Positions 1 through 10,180 of a stretch of 64,000 nucleotides of DNA are shown here, one piece after another. The notes under the pieces were generated by a model that saw only the letters and a list, made by a program, of their open reading frames with translations, was not told where the DNA came from and made no database searches. The DNA is from an uncultured Alphaproteobacteria bacterium (GTDB lineage: Bacteria; Pseudomonadota; Alphaproteobacteria; CAAGCB01; CAG-977). The DNA lies in contig CALYBD010000007.1 of NCBI GenBank assembly GCA_944393745.1, positions 561 through 64,560 on the forward strand. The letters are read 5' to 3'. The position numbers and the translations under genes are program-made. The stretch's first letter is position 1. Every line of letters begins with the position of its first letter.

Positions 1-277
1 GAAACATACCGATTGCATAGCCGGCATAACCGCCGAGAACGCTGGAAACCGTACAAACCGTAGCCAGCCAAAAAGCCTGTGTCGGACGCGCCAGCATCAT
101 GGGAATTAATAAAACATCGGGAGGAATCGGGAAAAAAGAGCTTTCCGCAAACGAAATCAATGCCAGCAGCCAGACGGCCTGCGGGTGTTCCGAACATTTC
201 AGCACCCAGTTATACATTTTTTTAAAAAAAGCTGTCCATTTTTGAGAAAAGCCTTTAATCGTTCCCATAATCGTCAC
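1..277 (-). CDS. YqaA/DedA (VTT) family membrane protein, 5' part (runs off window start)
   Basis: Not in the ORF track. Manual translation from GTG at 277 (AAGGA 7 nt upstream): ...MYNWVLKCSEHPQAVWLLALISFAESSFFPIPPDVLLIPMMLARP...SVLGGYAGYAIG. FAESSFFPIPPD is the YqaA signature. Confidence 0.85.
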   Translation of the reverse strand, partial: MTIMGTIKGFSQKWTAFFKKMYNWVLKCSEHPQAVWLLALISFAESSFFPIPPDVLLIPMMLARPTQAFWLATVCTVSSVLGGYAGYAIGMF

Positions 278-335
278 GGTATAGTCCTTTTTGTTTTGTG
301 ATTCCGAAACAGATACTATACACAAATATTTTACA

Positions 336-370
336 AAAAAAAGAGGCGGCTTTTTAACCGCCTTTTTCGT
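336..370. terminator. Intrinsic terminator after trpB (A/T tracts both sides)
   Basis: AAAAAAAA-GAGGCGG-ctttttaa-CCGCCT-TTTT hairpin directly past the trpB stop. Confidence 0.7.
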
Positions 371-1573
371 TTAAAAATTAATTGCCTGTTGAAGAATGTG
401 AACGTCTTTGTCTCCGCGGCCGGACAGACACATAACGATGATTTTTTCCTGATCCAGCGTTTTTGCCAGCTTCATCGTGTACGCCAAAGCATGAGACGAT
501 TCCAAAGCGGGAATAATGCCCTCTATCCGTGATAAGGCCAGACAGGCTTCTACGGCTTCCTGATCCGTCGCCGTTTCATAAACAGCTCTGCCCGTTTCTT
601 TCAACATACTGTGTTCCGCCCCGACACCCGGATAATCCAGTCCGGCGGAAATGCTGTGCGTTAATGCCGGATTGCCTTTGTCGTCCTGCAACAAGTAAGT
701 ATATGCCCCGTGTAAATAGCCGGGCTTTCCTTTTGTCATTGTCGCGCAATGTTCACCGGTATCCAGCCCTTTGCCCGCTGCTTCCACGCCGACAAGCCGA
801 ACAGACGGATCTTTGACGAATCCGGAAAACAGGCCGATGGCATTGCTGCCGCCGCCGACACAGGCAACGGCATAATCCGGTAATCTGTTTTCATGTTCCA
901 AAATCTGGCGGCGGGATTCTTTTCCGATTACCGATTGGAAATCACGAACAATCATCGGATACGGATGTGGTCCGACGGCCGATCCGACCAAATAAAAAGT
1001 ATCTTTATAATTTTGAATCAGATCCTCCAAAGCCGCATCAACCGCATCACTGAGGGTTCTTTGCCCTTTCATGACCGGAACGACTTCCGCCCCCAGCATT
1101 TTCATGCGAAAAACGTTCAATTCCTGTCGTTTTGTATCTTCTTCCCCCATATAAATACGGCATTTCATACCAAGCAAAGCCGCGCCCGTTGCCGTGGCAA
1201 CGCCGTGTTGTCCGGCGCCGGTTTCGGCAATAATCCGTTTCTTCCCCATGTGGCGGGCCAAAAGAATCTGCCCCATAACATTATTAATTTTATGGGCGCC
1301 CGTATGACAAAGGTCTTCCCGTTTTAAATATATTTTTGCGCCCCCCAGTTCTTTGCTGAGCCGTTCGGCAAAATACAGCGGAGTTTCACGGCCGACATAT
1401 TCTGTTAAATAATGAGCCAATTCCTGTTTAAATTTGGGCGTATCCTTAATTTCGGCATACGCAGCCGCAATTTCATGCATGACATTTTTCAGTTCTTCGG
1501 GCAGATACATTCCGCCGAAACCGTGAAAAAAGCCGTCTGTATCGGGAGTAGAAAATTCAGGCATATAAGTCAT
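371..1573 (-). CDS. trpB: Tryptophan synthase beta chain (TrpB1 type), stand-alone
   Basis: [15 protein letters not shown] (PLP lysine), [39 protein letters not shown]. Confidence 0.97.
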   Translation of the reverse strand: MTYMPEFSTPDTDGFFHGFGGMYLPEELKNVMHEIAAAYAEIKDTPKFKQELAHYLTEYVGRETPLYFAERLSKELGGAKIYLKREDLCHTGAHKINNVMGQILLARHMGKKRIIAETGAGQHGVATATGAALLGMKCRIYMGEEDTKRQELNVFRMKMLGAEVVPVMKGQRTLSDAVDAALEDLIQNYKDTFYLVGSAVGPHPYPMIVRDFQSVIGKESRRQILEHENRLPDYAVACVGGGSNAIGLFSGFVKDPSVRLVGVEAAGKGLDTGEHCATMTKGKPGYLHGAYTYLLQDDKGNPALTHSISAGLDYPGVGAEHSMLKETGRAVYETATDQEAVEACLALSRIEGIIPALESSHALAYTMKLAKTLDQEKIIVMCLSGRGDKDVHILQQAINF

Positions 1574-1653
1574 TGTTTTAAACCTTTCTTTGCTTCAAGT
1601 TAAACCGTAGCGTCTTTTCCGGGAAGCTGAGGTTATAAAACAATTTTTGTCAT

Positions 1654-1690
1654 AAAAAAACCGCCGTTCCCGTTTTGGGAAACCCGCGGT
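1654..1690 (-). terminator. Attenuator terminator (3:4 hairpin) of the trp leader
   Basis: Minus strand ACCGC-GGGTTTCCC-AAAAC-GGGAA-C-GGCGGT-TTTTTT between the leader peptide and trpB. Confidence 0.85.
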
Positions 1691-1721
1691 AACGATTTAA
1701 AAACACCCTGCGCGGCTTCCC

Positions 1722-1781
1722 CTAGGAAAGCCACCACCAGTTTTGCCCCGTCGGCAGAATGTTTTCTGTTCTTCTCATCAT
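1722..1781 (-). CDS. trpL: Trp operon leader peptide, MMRRTENILPTGQNWWWLS (19 aa)
   Basis: Three tandem TGG codons. 1:2 hairpin (GTGGCTTTCC/GGGAAGCCGC) overlaps the Trp codons, 2:3 antiterminator (CCGCG/CGCGG) and a terminator follow. Directly upstream of trpB. Confidence 0.9.
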   Translation of the reverse strand: MMRRTENILPTGQNWWWLS

Positions 1782-2012
1782 GAAAAGAATGCTATCGAAA
1801 CAAACAAGCTCTGTCAAATAAAAAATCATTCTTTTTGGTTTTAATTCTTTCTTTTTTATGAGGTTTTCGGATTTTAAAGAAATCTTTGAAAAAGCCGATC
1901 GAGCCGCGCAGCACAGTCAAAAAAAAGGCCAACATACAGACTTTCTGCCGTATTGACCGATCTTACAAAAAAATTCATGTTGAAAAAGGCTTAATTAACC
2001 AAGGAGAATTAA

Positions 2013-2429
2013 ATGAAAAAAAGCGTTTTAATGTTGATGGCTTTTTGCCTTATATCAACGCCGGTAATGGCAAAAGACGGGAAAATGAGCAAACTTGATC
2101 GAAAAATTGCCGAAATTGAACAGGAATACAAAGAAGACATTCAGAAAATAGAATCCAAGCATAAACTAAGCGAAGAAATGAAACAGCTGCGTTTGGATCA
2201 GGAAAAACAAACAAAAGAATTAAAAATCAAGCAGGCCAGAGAAATGTTTGAACTGAAAATGCTGCAAAAGGCCGAAAGAAAGGCGTTGAAATTGCAGGAA
2301 TATAAAAGCAGCCAAACGTCCGTATCAAATTCGGAATCAAACGAAAAGGCAGAAAATAAAAAAATGAAAAAAAAGCATAAAAAAAGCGGGCACGAAAAGA
2401 AATCAAAAAAAGAAATGCCCGATAATTGA
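2013..2429 (+). CDS. Hypothetical secreted Lys/Glu-rich protein
   Basis: AAGGAG RBS, signal peptide ending PVMA, helical charged body, Lys-rich tail. Confidence 0.75.
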   Translation: MKKSVLMLMAFCLISTPVMAKDGKMSKLDRKIAEIEQEYKEDIQKIESKHKLSEEMKQLRLDQEKQTKELKIKQAREMFELKMLQKAERKALKLQEYKSSQTSVSNSESNEKAENKKMKKKHKKSGHEKKSKKEMPDN

Positions 2430-2438
2430 TATGATGCC

Positions 2439-2471
2439 ACAGCCTCTGATCGTTTAGAGGCTGTTTTTTTA
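2439..2471 (+). terminator. Intrinsic terminator
   Basis: ACAGCCTCT-gatcgttt-AGAGGCTGT followed by a T run. Confidence 0.8.
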
Positions 2472-2517
2472 TATTTTTATGATATACTAAAAAAAACAAC
2501 GGATATGCGGAGCGTTC

Positions 2518-3549
2518 ATGACATTAAGCTTAAAAACACCGCCTTTGTTAAAAAAAGGAGACACCGTTGCCGCCGTATCTCCGTCATGGGGCGGCGCTTT
2601 TGTTTTTCGATATCGTTATGAAATCGGGAAAAAGCAGTTTGAAGAAACTTTCGGGTTAAAAGTCGTTGAAATGCCGCATACGCTTTGTTCGCCGGACGAA
2701 CTGGATCAAAATCCGCGTTGGCGAGCGGAAGATATCAACGCGGCCGTCAAAGATCCCGACATCAAAGCCATTATCACAACAATCGGCGGTGATGACAGTG
2801 TTCGGTTGCTGCCTTATCTGGATTACCGCGCCATATCGGAAAATCCGAAATTTTTTATCGGCTATTCTGATCCGACGGCGATACACTTCGCTTTTTTAAA
2901 AGCAGGCGTTTCTTCTGTTTACGGCCCGGCTTTTTTAACGACTTTTGCAGAAAACGGCGGCATTTTCGATTATGTCCGTGCCAGCTTTGAAAAAGTTCTG
3001 TTTAACGGAAAAATCAGCGGAAAGATCAAACCGTCCGATGCCTGGACAAACGAATTTCTCGACTGGGCCGATCCGGCCAACCAAAAACAAACAAGAAAAA
3101 GAATCCCGAATAAAGGATATCGGTTCATACAAGGGCGCTGCCCTGTTCAGGGACGTTTGATCGGCGGGTGTCTGGAAGTGTTGGAAATGATCAAAGGAAC
3201 GCCTGTCTGGCCGGACAAAAAAGTATGGAAAGACTGTATTTTATTTCTTGATTTGTCCGAAGAAGCCCCCAGTCCGACATACCTGATTCGCTGCCTGCGT
3301 AACTATGCGGCGGCGGGAATCTTAAAAAATCTGCGTGGTCTGATCATGGGACGGCCGCACAATGTGCCCGAAAAAGATTTTGATCTGTATGATAAGGCTC
3401 TGATCCGCGCTGTCCGAATGGAAGCCGGATTAAAAAATATGCCGATCGTTACCTGCATGGATTTCGGCCATACGGATCCGATTTGCTGTTTGCCCTACGG
3501 TGCTTTGATGCAGATTGATCCGACCGAAAAAACCGTCAGTCTGGTTTAA
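2518..3549 (+). CDS. S66 family peptidase (LD-carboxypeptidase / MccF-like)
   Basis: TIGGDDS, GYSDPT (Ser), LDLSEE (Glu), DFGHTDP (His) catalytic triad motifs. Confidence 0.9.
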   Translation: MTLSLKTPPLLKKGDTVAAVSPSWGGAFVFRYRYEIGKKQFEETFGLKVVEMPHTLCSPDELDQNPRWRAEDINAAVKDPDIKAIITTIGGDDSVRLLPYLDYRAISENPKFFIGYSDPTAIHFAFLKAGVSSVYGPAFLTTFAENGGIFDYVRASFEKVLFNGKISGKIKPSDAWTNEFLDWADPANQKQTRKRIPNKGYRFIQGRCPVQGRLIGGCLEVLEMIKGTPVWPDKKVWKDCILFLDLSEEAPSPTYLIRCLRNYAAAGILKNLRGLIMGRPHNVPEKDFDLYDKALIRAVRMEAGLKNMPIVTCMDFGHTDPICCLPYGALMQIDPTEKTVSLV

Positions 3550-4154
3550 TCCAAAACGACTCCTCTTGCCGACAGTTCTTCTTTTAATTTTTCGGGAGAA
3601 TTAAAATGGATCGTCTGGAATCCCAGCTGTTTTGCCGTCTCAATATTAGGAAAAGAATCGTCAATAAAAATCGTTTTTCCCGGAATCAGTCCGTAACGCT
3701 CAATTAAAATCTTAAACAAAGCGGGATCCGGTTTGCATTCTTTTTCAACACCGGAAACAACGATTCCTTTAAATAAGTTGAAAAAATCATGTTTCGGCAG
3801 GGTAATTCTGAATTTTTCGGCCGACCAGTTTGTTAAACCGTATACCGAATAACGCCGAGCAACAGCGCGCAGCAGACGGACACTGCCTTCAATTTCCTCG
3901 CCGCACATTTCTTCCCAGCGTGTATCATACATTTTGATTTCTTCGGCATATTCGGGATAAAGCGGCAATAGTTCTTTCACCCCTTGTTGAAACGGTTTTC
4001 CTTTATCCAAAGCGGCATTCCATTCCGGCGTACAGACATGGGATAAAAAATATTCCATTTTTTCTTCGTCCCGAAACACCTGCCGGTATAAATAGCGCGG
4101 GTTCCAATCAATCAGTACCCCGCCGAAATCAAAAACAATGCTTTCCACCGTCAT
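3546..4154 (-). CDS. HAD superfamily phosphatase (subfamily IA)
   Basis: VFDFGGVL motif I, LTNWS, KPDP, FIDD. Confidence 0.9.
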   Translation of the reverse strand: MTVESIVFDFGGVLIDWNPRYLYRQVFRDEEKMEYFLSHVCTPEWNAALDKGKPFQQGVKELLPLYPEYAEEIKMYDTRWEEMCGEEIEGSVRLLRAVARRYSVYGLTNWSAEKFRITLPKHDFFNLFKGIVVSGVEKECKPDPALFKILIERYGLIPGKTIFIDDSFPNIETAKQLGFQTIHFNSPEKLKEELSARGVVLD

Positions 4155-4241
4155 TTTTACCTGCCTGTCAAAAAAAATATTACACTTGGCACAAAAATGT
4201 ATAATATATAGCCAACATGATCAACAACAGATACCAATCCT

Positions 4242-5351
4242 ATGTTAGACCCCAGTAAACTGCCCCATTTACAGCCGCAGCAGCCACAGACGGAAACGCA
4301 GGACGATCTGTCCGAAGAAAGTCTCTGGGAACAAATTATTAACGTGTTTTCCGGCAAAAAGGGAGTTTTGTTGGCCAGCGGTCTGTCTTTGATGATGTAT
4401 ATCAGCGTCTGTTTTCAGGGCGAACGGCTTTTGCGCAGCGGCGTATACGATGTATTCAAAGAATTGGGGGAAGACGGTTTCGGCGTTTCATACAGCGCTC
4501 CGTCATCATATCTGGCATTTAAAAGCGGACTGAATCTGGACGATGTTGTTCTTACGGCTCCGGAAAAAATGGGGGGTTGGGAATTAAAAGCAGGCCGCAT
4601 CACCGTTACAAGCAATCCCTTTACACCGCGTACGATTAAAATCAGAGCTGCCGGAACGCATTCTTTGACGACAAAGATCATTGGCGATATACGCCTGATT
4701 GTCGGCGAAGGCGAAATTATCCTGCGTCTGCCGTCAAAAAAAGAAAATCTGGAACTTACCGCCGTATTTAAAAATGTTCAAACAGCCGCGCCGAAATCCA
4801 TGGAAGGATTTTCCGTTGCGGATCTTTCTTTGACCATGCAACGGGAAACGGGCGAAGAAAAGACCGTTCCCCCCGTTTCTTTTACGCTGCTTTCAAATCA
4901 TATCCGCCTGCCTGCTTATCTGGCACAGCATTTGCCTGCAGATGTTGACTATGTCCGTTTAAACGGCGTCATATCCGGATTAACCGCCGATGCGGAAAAA
5001 CCTTTGCTGACCAACTGGACACAAACAGGCGGAAGTACCGAAATTACGCAGGGCGAGATTATTTGGAAACCTTTTATGGCCAGTTTTTCCGGAACATTCG
5101 GATTTGATAATTCCTTTGAGATGGTCGGCGCAAGCGTTGCCAAGGTATACGGATTTTTTGATTTGCTGGATATGTTTGAAAAAGGCGAATATGTACGCCC
5201 CAGCCACGTTTCCGTTGCCAAAGTCGTTTTAGGGGAAAAATTAAAAAAAGAACCCGGAGAAGATCAGCCTTCCGTCACTTCTCCTTTTAGTTTTCAATCC
5301 GGCAAAATTTATGCGGGCCCGATTCTGTTGTACGATAAAAACGAGGAATAA
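4242..5351 (+). CDS. DUF2125-like membrane-anchored protein
   Basis: Single TM segment then beta-rich body; C-terminal pattern (W...GG..EI....I.W....SGT.GFD, ....LPFS.Q.G..Y.GPI.L); position convergent with hisC is typical of alphaproteobacteria. Confidence 0.6.
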   Translation: MLDPSKLPHLQPQQPQTETQDDLSEESLWEQIINVFSGKKGVLLASGLSLMMYISVCFQGERLLRSGVYDVFKELGEDGFGVSYSAPSSYLAFKSGLNLDDVVLTAPEKMGGWELKAGRITVTSNPFTPRTIKIRAAGTHSLTTKIIGDIRLIVGEGEIILRLPSKKENLELTAVFKNVQTAAPKSMEGFSVADLSLTMQRETGEEKTVPPVSFTLLSNHIRLPAYLAQHLPADVDYVRLNGVISGLTADAEKPLLTNWTQTGGSTEITQGEIIWKPFMASFSGTFGFDNSFEMVGASVAKVYGFFDLLDMFEKGEYVRPSHVSVAKVVLGEKLKKEPGEDQPSVTSPFSFQSGKIYAGPILLYDKNEE

Positions 5352-5392
5352 TCCCGCGTTGATCACTTAACCGGATCACACGCGGGTTAATA
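5351..5392. terminator. Hairpin between convergent DUF2125 and hisC
   Basis: CCCGCGT-TGATC...GATCA-CACGCGGG imperfect inverted repeat. Confidence 0.5.
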
Positions 5393-5412
5393 ATGTATTG
5401 ACAAAATATTGT

Positions 5413-6507
5413 TTATGATTCCATAAAATCTTTTAATGCGTTCAGCAATAACGTCATTTCTTCGTCATTTCCGATCGTCATGCGCAGCGCGTCCGGCAAG
5501 CCGTATGAAGCAACACGCCGAACGATAATACCGCGACTTTGCAGGAAAAGATCAGCCTTTTCCGCCGTTTTGTTTTCCGCAGGAAAATGCACCAGAACAA
5601 AATTCGTCACGGACGGGGTCATTTTCAGGCCGATTTTAGCCAATTCCTGCGGCAAAATATCCAGCCATTTACGATTATGTTCAAATGATTTTTGTACGAA
5701 ATCCCTGTCTTTGACGGCAGCAACACCGGCAATTTGAGCAACGGCATTAACGTTAAACGGACCGCGTACACGGTTTAAAATATCCGTAATTTCTTTGGAA
5801 GCATAGCTCCACCCCAAACGAAGGCCGCCCAACCCGTAAATTTTAGAAAAAGTGCGCAGCATAACAACATTTGGAAATTCGTCAACGATATCAATGCCGG
5901 CATCATAATCTTTTTTGGAAACAAATTCCGCATAAGCGGCATCAATAACAATCAAAATATTTTCAGGCAGGCGGCGGCATAAACCGATCAGTTCGTTTTT
6001 GGACAAATATGTCCCCGTCGGATTGCCCGGGTTGGTAATAAAGACCATTTTTGTTTTCGCAGTCACGGCCCGTAAAATCGCATCGGGATCAATTTTAAAA
6101 TCCTTTTCCGCAACGGTCACGGGACGGGCGCCGCAGCCGACGGCGTACAAACGATACATCAAAAAAGCATACTGGGTGACAATGACTTCGGAATCGGCCG
6201 GCAAATACGCATGGCACAACAGTCCGATCAATTCATCGGAACCGTTGCCGCAAACAATTCTATCCGCATCAATCCCGTGAGATTCGGCAATGGCGCTGCG
6301 CAGTGCAACAGATCCGCCGTCAGGATAACGAAACATATTTTCGGCAAAGTCCCGACAAGCCTGAACAGCCGCCGGATTTGTTCCGAAGGCTCCTTCGTTG
6401 GAAGACAGTTTAATGACTTTTTCAAAGCCCTGAACGCTGGAAGCACCGCCGACATACGGTTTTAAAGACAAAATACTTGAATGTGCCGCAACAGGATAGT
6501 TTTTCAT
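5413..6507 (-). CDS. hisC: Histidinol-phosphate aminotransferase
   Basis: KLSSNEG, RYPD, GNGSDELI, NPGNPTG, RTFSKIYGLGGLRLGW. Confidence 0.95.
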   Translation of the reverse strand: MKNYPVAAHSSILSLKPYVGGASSVQGFEKVIKLSSNEGAFGTNPAAVQACRDFAENMFRYPDGGSVALRSAIAESHGIDADRIVCGNGSDELIGLLCHAYLPADSEVIVTQYAFLMYRLYAVGCGARPVTVAEKDFKIDPDAILRAVTAKTKMVFITNPGNPTGTYLSKNELIGLCRRLPENILIVIDAAYAEFVSKKDYDAGIDIVDEFPNVVMLRTFSKIYGLGGLRLGWSYASKEITDILNRVRGPFNVNAVAQIAGVAAVKDRDFVQKSFEHNRKWLDILPQELAKIGLKMTPSVTNFVLVHFPAENKTAEKADLFLQSRGIIVRRVASYGLPDALRMTIGNDEEMTLLLNALKDFMES

Positions 6508-6519
6508 TGTTTTTTTACC

Positions 6520-7374
6520 TTAACAAAATTCGACCGGATATCCGCCGATAACGCGCAACATCGTAATTTTGCCGTTTTCTTTTTCGATCAAAGCCGTTAA
6601 TCGTTCGTCCTGATCCGACAGATATCCTTCCACCTCAAACAAATAAGCTTTATGCATCATATCCGGCGTATACGAATCGCAGATGGCATTCGTCGGAATA
6701 CCGCCGGCTTTGAGCAATAAATCCAAAGTACTCAGACTCAATGACCCGTCGGTTTCGGCAACCAGCAACGTCTTGTCTTCACCGGTTGATTCAAAGGGCA
6801 GCTTGCTTAACGCATAGGCAGAACGCCCGTCTCCGCGACCATGTCCCGGACCGGTCAGCGGCAACTTTAAAAACACGTTCACGGAACGTTTGTATTCCTG
6901 TGCCAAAGTATACCACCAACAGGTTTGTTTATCGTCATTCAAAGACAAAATGGCCACATTGGCCTCCCCCTGCGTTAATTCTTTCAGAACCAGACTGACG
7001 GACCGACAGGACAACATGGACGTATATGCGCCGAAATAATCGCGGGCAATTTCCAGATTCCCCATACCGCGTTCGGGCATAAAAACGGCCACCGTGACCG
7101 CTGATTGCAAATTCACGCCGGCACTGATAATTTCCCGCCAGATCCGGATCATGACATCTTTATCCAGATTTCCCTTATGGCGCTGCCACAAACGGCGCAT
7201 GATTTCTATTTCCCGTTTCGGGCGCAAGGCAAAAGAAGGAACAGAATCCGATTGTTGCGCCTTCAGCCGGCCGATTTGTTCCACCAATCCCATACGCTGC
7301 ATCAAAAGATCGTGCATTTGATCATCAACGGAATCAATCTGTGCGCGTAAATCCTGAATGGTAACATCTTGCAT
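6520..7374 (-). CDS. Chorismate mutase with C-terminal degenerate prephenate-dehydratase-like region (alphaproteobacterial type)
   Basis: LRAQIDSVDDQMHDLLMQR...RPKRE N-terminus; C-terminal RVIGGYP; upstream of hisC. Confidence 0.85.
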   Translation of the reverse strand: MQDVTIQDLRAQIDSVDDQMHDLLMQRMGLVEQIGRLKAQQSDSVPSFALRPKREIEIMRRLWQRHKGNLDKDVMIRIWREIISAGVNLQSAVTVAVFMPERGMGNLEIARDYFGAYTSMLSCRSVSLVLKELTQGEANVAILSLNDDKQTCWWYTLAQEYKRSVNVFLKLPLTGPGHGRGDGRSAYALSKLPFESTGEDKTLLVAETDGSLSLSTLDLLLKAGGIPTNAICDSYTPDMMHKAYLFEVEGYLSDQDERLTALIEKENGKITMLRVIGGYPVEFC

Positions 7375-7467
7375 TGGCCTGATATCCCTTGTCTTTAAAA
7401 ATAACTTCTTTTCTTTTACACCGTCTGCGGTTAAAAAGCTTTATATTTTTTTAAAAGGCAGAAAAAA

Positions 7468-7803
7468 ATGCAGAAAATCACACAAGAAGACTTTTTTCAA
7501 TCGGTTCGCTTCAATGCGGACGGACTGATTCCCGTTATTGCCCAACAGTACGATACGGGCGAAGTTTTAATGATGGCCTGGGCAAACGAAACGGCTTTAA
7601 AAGAAACCGTTCAAACACAGCGTATGTGTTATTTTTCCCGTTCTCGTCAACAATTATGGCGCAAAGGCGAAACATCGGGACACACGCAAAAACTGATCGA
7701 AATGCGAATCGATTGTGACGGCGATACGTTACTGGCTTTGATTGATCAAAACGGTGCGGCTTGTCACACCGGCAATCGATCCTGTTTTTACAGAAAGATC
7801 TAA
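7468..7803 (+). CDS. hisI: Phosphoribosyl-AMP cyclohydrolase
   Basis: [47 protein letters not shown]. Confidence 0.97.
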   Translation: MQKITQEDFFQSVRFNADGLIPVIAQQYDTGEVLMMAWANETALKETVQTQRMCYFSRSRQQLWRKGETSGHTQKLIEMRIDCDGDTLLALIDQNGAACHTGNRSCFYRKI

Positions 7804-7808
7804 TAAAC

Positions 7809-7840
7809 AAAAAGCTCTGCCTGAAAAGCAGAGCTTTTTA
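7809..7840. terminator. Bidirectional intrinsic terminator
   Basis: AAAAGCTCTGC-ctgaaaa-GCAGAGCTTTTT between convergent genes. Confidence 0.85.
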
Positions 7841-7854
7841 TAAAGTATAACGTT

Positions 7855-8298
7855 TTACTTTGTTGTTTGTGTCTTTGACTTTGGCGAAACCGTAAAAGAA
7901 ACCACCGTTCCGTTCACCATGTCCGGTTCCAGTTGAATTGTTGCGACACGATCGGCGTTCGTAAAGGATAAAACACTGACTTTCGAACGTACGACCGTTA
8001 CTTCTTTCCAGCCGAATTTAGGCATTTCGGACATATAAAAATCAAACATACCGTTCAACGTATACGGCGCGGCAAAGACCAATCGCCCGATCCACGCACT
8101 TGACCCGCCCAGCAACAAAGTCGATTTCAAATCCATTGTCGCTTTTTCGGGAATGGGGATATCGTTAAACTGGGCAAAGCTTGGCGAAGTCCCGCCCGTA
8201 CCGTCCGTTTCCGAACGATACATCGATTCGTTATGAGCACAGCCGGACATTACGGCGGCAGAAACAAAAAAGATCAAAGAAAACAATACTTTTTTCAT
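7855..8298 (-). CDS. Hypothetical lipoprotein
   Basis: Lipobox VMSGC; FNDIPIP and GRLV motifs. Confidence 0.75.
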   Translation of the reverse strand: MKKVLFSLIFFVSAAVMSGCAHNESMYRSETDGTGGTSPSFAQFNDIPIPEKATMDLKSTLLLGGSSAWIGRLVFAAPYTLNGMFDFYMSEMPKFGWKEVTVVRSKVSVLSFTNADRVATIQLEPDMVNGTVVSFTVSPKSKTQTTK

Positions 8299-8430
8299 TA
8301 CTCGTCTTTCAATCAGTTCTTTTCTTTTTAACTTTATGCCCGGAATATTAAAAACACCTTAAAATCGCTTTACTTTATCGGACTTCTTTATATGATAGCC
8401 GAAACAAAGACCTGGTCGGGGGAAATGAAA

Positions 8431-10074
8431 ATGACAAAGTATATCTTTATTACGGGCGGTGTTGTTTCTTCATTGGGAAAGGGTATGGCTTCCGCTGCCA
8501 TCGGCGCTTTGCTTCAATCCAGAGGCTATAAAGTGCGTATGCGCAAAATGGATCCTTATCTGAACATTGATCCCGGTACAATGTCACCTTATCAGCACGG
8601 AGAAGTCTTTGTGACCGAAGACGGCGCCGAAACCGATCTGGATTTGGGGCATTATGAACGTTTTATCGGTGTTCCCTGCCATAAAACGGATTCGGTTTCC
8701 GGCGGAAAAATTTACTATAATGTTTTAATGAAAGAACGCCGCGGCGAATATCTGGGGGCAACCGTTCAGGCGATTCCGCACGTTACGGATGAAATCAAAC
8801 ATTTCATAGAATCGGATCTGAGCGATGAAGATTTTGTTTTATATGAAATCGGCGGCACGGTCGGCGATATTGAAGGGACTCTGTTTTTAGAGGCGATCCG
8901 TCAGTTTGCCATCACGGCCGGACGCGAAAATTGTTTGTTTCTGCATTTAACGCTGTTGCCTTATATTCCGACAGCCGGCGAATTAAAGACAAAGCCCACG
9001 CAGCATTCTGTCAAACAGTTATTGGAAACAGGGATTCAGCCCGATATTTTGTTGTGCCGTTCTCAGATGATGTTGTCGGACTCGGAACGCCGCAAAATCG
9101 GTTTATTCTGTAATATCGCGCCCGAAGACGTCATCATCGCGCTGGACGCCGACAGCATTTACAAAATCCCCTTGCAATATCACGAAGAAGGTCTGGACTG
9201 CCGGATTTTAAAGTATTTCGGCATGCTGGAAACGGCACCGGCACCGAATCTGAAAAAATGGGAATCGATCATTGACACGATCAGCGCCTGGGAACACGAA
9301 ACAACCATTGCCGTTGTCGGAAAATACTGCGGCCTGCCAGATGCTTATAAATCGTTAAACGAAGCTTTGTTTCATGCGGGGATCGCGCACAAAACAAAAG
9401 TCCGAATCAATTGGATCGAATCGGATACTTTGGAAACAATGACGCCCGAACAAATTGACCGGGCTTTTGCCGGAATACAGGGAATTTTGGTTCCCGGCGG
9501 ATTCGGCAGCCGCGGCGTTGAAGGTAAAATGATCGCCGAACGTTATGCACGGGAAAAGAAAATTCCTTTCTTTGGTATTTGTTTGGGCATGCAGACCGCC
9601 GTTATCGAAGCCGCCCGCAACCTGTTGGGCATTACGGACGCCAATTCCACGGAATTTACCAAAGACTGTACGCCCGTCGTCGCTTTGATGACCGAATGGG
9701 AACAGGACGGCAAAAAACAAATTCGCACGGAAAAAACAGATGTCGGCGGTACCATGCGGTTGGGCGCTTATCCCTGTCGGTTAAAAGCGGGCTCTCTGGC
9801 CTCAAAACTGTACGACGGTGCGCAAACAATTTATGAACGTCACCGTCACCGCTATGAGGTCAACATATCCGTTGCGCGGCAGTTGGAAGAAAAAGGACTG
9901 ATCATTTCCGGTCTGTCGCCTGACGGTGTGTTGCCTGAAATTGTCGAGTTAAAAGACCACCCGTTCTTTATCGCCGTTCAATTTCACCCCGAATTTAAAT
10001 CCCGTGCTTTTGAAGCACACCCGATTTTTAAAGGATTTATCGCCGCCGCATTAAAACAAACAACATTAATATAG
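8431..10074 (+). CDS. pyrG: CTP synthase
   Basis: [40 protein letters not shown]; start placed at ATG 8431. Confidence 0.98.
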   Translation: MTKYIFITGGVVSSLGKGMASAAIGALLQSRGYKVRMRKMDPYLNIDPGTMSPYQHGEVFVTEDGAETDLDLGHYERFIGVPCHKTDSVSGGKIYYNVLMKERRGEYLGATVQAIPHVTDEIKHFIESDLSDEDFVLYEIGGTVGDIEGTLFLEAIRQFAITAGRENCLFLHLTLLPYIPTAGELKTKPTQHSVKQLLETGIQPDILLCRSQMMLSDSERRKIGLFCNIAPEDVIIALDADSIYKIPLQYHEEGLDCRILKYFGMLETAPAPNLKKWESIIDTISAWEHETTIAVVGKYCGLPDAYKSLNEALFHAGIAHKTKVRINWIESDTLETMTPEQIDRAFAGIQGILVPGGFGSRGVEGKMIAERYAREKKIPFFGICLGMQTAVIEAARNLLGITDANSTEFTKDCTPVVALMTEWEQDGKKQIRTEKTDVGGTMRLGAYPCRLKAGSLASKLYDGAQTIYERHRHRYEVNISVARQLEEKGLIISGLSPDGVLPEIVELKDHPFFIAVQFHPEFKSRAFEAHPIFKGFIAAALKQTTLI

Positions 10075-10180
10075 CCCAAAAACGATACTGTCCGCACGGA
10101 ACTGTTTCGGCTTAACCGATAGTAATTTTGCCGATTATATATTATAATGCGGCTTTAAAGAGTATTTAACGAGGTATTTT

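Noticed and set aside
8369-8430. CTP-sensitive reiterative-transcription attenuator for pyrG
   Set aside because: No GGGC start or leader terminator hairpin visible.
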